Of a stretch of DNA of 64,000 nucleotides, positions 61,221-64,000 are shown in pieces. Source of the stretch: Heptranchias perlo (Eukaryota); assembly GCF_035084215.1 (NCBI RefSeq), contig NC_090361.1, positions 8,246,001-8,310,000 on the forward strand, in the 5' to 3' direction. The stretch's first letter is position 1; each line of letters opens with the position of its first letter. The notes beneath the pieces are model-generated. The model was not told where the DNA came from. It saw only the letters and a list, made by a program, of their open reading frames with translations, and made no database searches. Both the position numbers and the translations under genes were made by a program.

Positions 61221-61715
61221 ATGGCTGGGACTTTGCTGCAGGTCTTCAGATCTTTCAGTGATGGAGATACCAGGGCAGATGTGACTAGCAATTGGGATTC
61301 AACGGATCTGGCCGCCTGCCTGCTGCTGGGGGAGAATTCCTGCGGGAAAACCTCCCTCCTCTTCCTGGCAGCAGCCACAGCCGCTGCCCAAGAAGGGAGG
61401 CGTGTGCTCTTCCTGGCCCCCAGCCCCATCCAGGCGCTGCCCGCCCCTCTGCTCAGCCTGGACCCGCTGAGCCTGAAGAGGATCCAGTTCGCCTACCCCA
61501 GGTCGGCGGAGGAGCTGCTGCAGGCGGTGGCGTCTTTGCATGAGAGCCCGGGCTGCCTGCCCTCCCTCATCCTGCTGGACGGGCTGGACGATTACCTGCG
61601 GCAGGACACGGGTCGCCAGGCGGCGCTGATCGCCGCCCTGCTCCGGGACAGCGCTGCCTGGGTCACCGAGAAGCTGCGAACCAGCGCAGGGTGTCAGGTC
61701 ATTGTAACACTGAAG
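61221..61715 (+). CDS. SWSAP1: SWIM-type zinc finger 7-associated protein 1 (RecA/RAD51-paralogue ATPase), first coding exon
   Basis: MAGTLLQVF... Walker A GENSCGKT; VLFLAPSPIQALP; LDPLSLKRIQFAYP; Walker B LILLDGLDDYL; AALIAALLRDSAA. These match SWSAP1 motifs as I recall them. Probable phase-0 donor AAG|GTGAAA at 61715/61716. A second in-frame ATG lies at 61215; 61221 has the better Kozak context. Confidence 0.9.
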
Positions 61716-62149
61716 GTGAAAAAAAAAATAACATCTCACCGCCAAACTCTAACGATTTCACGTTGCATTTTATTCTAATAGTTTTTATTTTTATTATTGT
61801 TTGTTAATTCTGGTCTTTCCCCATCCTAATCCTTTCTTTTAAAACTTTCCCTTCAAAGTTTGTCAACTCCAAAACAAGAGTGGGGGGCGGGGGGAAAGTT
61901 GGTTGCAGGCAATCAAATGACCATTTTTACATTGGCCTTCTGGACAGTGGGAGCAGGGAGTTGGAACAACAGGTTAAGGAAATCTTTTAAACTTAATAAA
62001 AGAAAATGGGAATATGTGGAAAAGAGGATATTATTGATAGAAAACGAGTAAAGCCACAGTTAGAATTTTTTAAAAATAAAGAATAAGGAAGAGAATAGAA
62101 TTGGAGGATAAAAGAGTTGTAACAATGTGAGCAGAATTAGTAAGACAGA

Positions 62150-62492
62150 AAGAAATATCTTGCATTTATATAGCACCTTTCACGACCTCAGGACGTCCCA
62201 AATTAAGTACTTTCTGAAGTGTAGTCATTTGCAATGTAGGAAACTAATTTGCGCATGGCAAGATCCCACAAACAGCAATGAGATAATCTGTTTTTAGTGA
62301 TGTTGGTTCAGGGATAAATATTGGCCAGGACACCAGGAGAAACTCACCCTGCACTTCTTCAAAATAGTGCCGTGGAAACTTTTACGTCCACCTGAGAGGG
62401 CAGACGGGGCCTCGGTTTAATGTCTCATCCGAAAGAAGGCACCTTCGACAGTGCAGCACTCCCTCAGTACTGCATTGGTGTGTCAGCCTAGA
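62150..62492 (-). mobile_element. Deu-SINE copy
   Basis: Well-preserved core. Confidence 0.8.
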
Positions 62493-62584
62493 GGTGGGTT
62501 TATGGGCGGGGGGAGGTGGGATCGAAGCTGGAGTCTTTGCTTTGCAGCTGATGCCAATTCATTGAAAACTTCAATAACTGATGC

Positions 62585-62930
62585 CTCCAGATCATCGGGT
62601 CGAAATCCTGCTGCCCCTTATCTCCCCCAAAAGATGGTGGATGCTGGGCAAATTGAAATTTTCCAGACTTGTGAGCGATAGATTTTTGTTAGGTAAGGGT
62701 ATCAAGGGATATGGAGCAAAGGCAGGTAAATGGAGGTGAGGTACAGATCATCAGTGGGAATGATGATTAAAAACCTCTACCTACCCATAGTGCAAATTAA
62801 AAATTGCAAAGAACATCTTCAAACTATGTACAGTAGTTATTTCAGTTCAGTTTCTGATCCATAAATCCACACCATGATCTAACTAAATGGCGGAACAGGC
62901 TCGAGGGGCTGAATGGCCTGTTCCTATTAG
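62585..62930 (+). mobile_element. CR1 LINE 3' end (interrupted)
   Basis: Matches the 2340-2520 tail. Confidence 0.7.
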
Positions 62931-62979
62931 TAGCTAGGACAAAGTATTAGATAACTCAGGACACAATTTAGGGTATGAT

Positions 62980-63066
62980 CTAAAAACAGAAAATGCTGGA
63001 CTACACGCAGCATCTGTGGAGAGAGAAACAGAGTTAATGTTTCAGGTCGATGACCTTGCGTCAGGG
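62980..63066 (-). mobile_element. Degenerate Penelope-type terminal repeat with decayed hammerhead
   Basis: Reverse complement CTGACGCaaggtcatcgacctGAAAcattaactctgtttctctctccacagatgc. Confidence 0.65.
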
Positions 63067-63199
63067 TATGATGGTATGATGGTACTGGACTAACGATCTG
63101 GAGGTTGTGAGTTCAACTCCCATTATAAGCAAGTGAGCCAGTCTTTAATGAATCTAGCACCAGGAAAAAAATGACTAGTAGTGCTGTTGTAAAAACTCA

Positions 63200-63672
63200 A
63201 CAACACTAACTCGCACCAAGTCCTGTTCCCCCATCACCCTCTGTGCTCGCTGACCTACATTACCTCCCGGTCCAGCAACGCCTCGATTTTAAAATTCTCA
63301 TCCTTGTTTACAAATCCCTCCATGGCCTCGCCCCTCCCTATCTCTGTAACCTCCTCCAGCCCTACAACCCTCCAAGATCTCTGCGCTCCTCCAATTCCTG
63401 GCCTTTTGCACATCCCCCGATTTTCATCGCTCCACCATTGGTGGCCGTGCCTTCAGCTGCCTAGGCCCTAAGCTCTGGAATTCCCTCCCTAAACCTCTCT
63501 ACCTCTCTCTCCTTCTTTAAGACACTCCTTAAAACCTACCTCTGTGACCGTCACCTGTCCTAATATCTGCTTATGTGGCTTGGTGTCAAATTTTGTTTGG
63601 TAACGCTCCTGTGAAACGCCTTGGGACGTTTTACTAAATTAAAGGCGTGATGTAAATGCAAGTTGTTGTTAT
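63200..63672 (+). mobile_element. L2-type LINE 3' end
   Basis: ITSVLADLHYLPVQQRLDFKILILVYKSLHGLAPPYL; tail ending aaatgcaagttgttgttatt. Confidence 0.85.
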
Positions 63673-64000
63673 TGTAATGTCCTTTAGGGAAGTGGGGGAA
63701 CCATACAGCCCTACACGTGACTCCAGTCCACATGACGAGGTTGATTCTTGATGCCTTCTGCAGTGGCCGAACAAGCTATTTAGTTAACCCCTGGAGTGTG
63801 TTACAATGAGCTTGATCCACTTCACTCTAGACATGCAGTTTCCAGCAAATATGTTGGACACTGACCATGAGTAGGAACTCTGGCCAAATTCAATCCCCTG
63901 TCAAACCCTGGGGAAATGGGGGGAGGCGTAGGAGCCTCTGTACCTGAGCTCATCTAATTCAGCACAAACCAGAGATTGAACCTGGTCCTTTGCTGGTCTG

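Noticed and set aside
62534-62570. Possible SWSAP1 exon 2 after acceptor-like tctttgctttgcag
   Set aside because: The phase-0 frame stops after 5 codons (LMPIH*) and the sequence runs into a CR1 remnant.
1-64000. Most 60-170 aa ORFs in the ORF track
   Set aside because: Eukaryotic intronic or repeat sequence; they are chance ORFs, antisense frames or LINE fragments with no recognisable domain.

Overview
Vertebrate genomic DNA, most likely from a cartilaginous fish (shark-type SINE/LINE/Penelope repertoire); not prokaryotic. The window holds a complete PRKCSH gene (glucosidase II beta subunit) on the minus strand. I traced 16 coding exons by hand from 55273 to 5562, all GT-AG and in phase: 1650 nt, 549 aa, running from a signal peptide to C-terminal HDEL. 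There are also probable non-coding first and last exons. About 5.7 kb upstream, SWSAP1 (RecA/RAD51-paralogue ATPase of the Shu complex) starts on the plus strand; only its first coding exon is visible. The rest is intron/intergenic DNA dense in CR1 and L2 LINE fragments, two SINE families, DNA-transposon remnants and Penelope-like elements. The most notable items are: (i) a TSD-flanked non-coding retroelement carrying an intact minimal hammerhead ribozyme; (ii) next to it, an unexplained 70-nt three-helix structure with a cUUCGg loop; (iii) a young GIY-YIG Penelope insertion with a point-mutated hammerhead, inside a multi-layer transposon nest; (iv) a G-rich tandem array and a ~90-100 bp degenerate tandem array on either side of the PRKCSH promoter; (v) an E2F/CHR promoter module on SWSAP1. 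Most short ORFs in the track are spurious or repeat-derived. Repeat boundaries are approximate, and repeat family names come from memory, not a database search.
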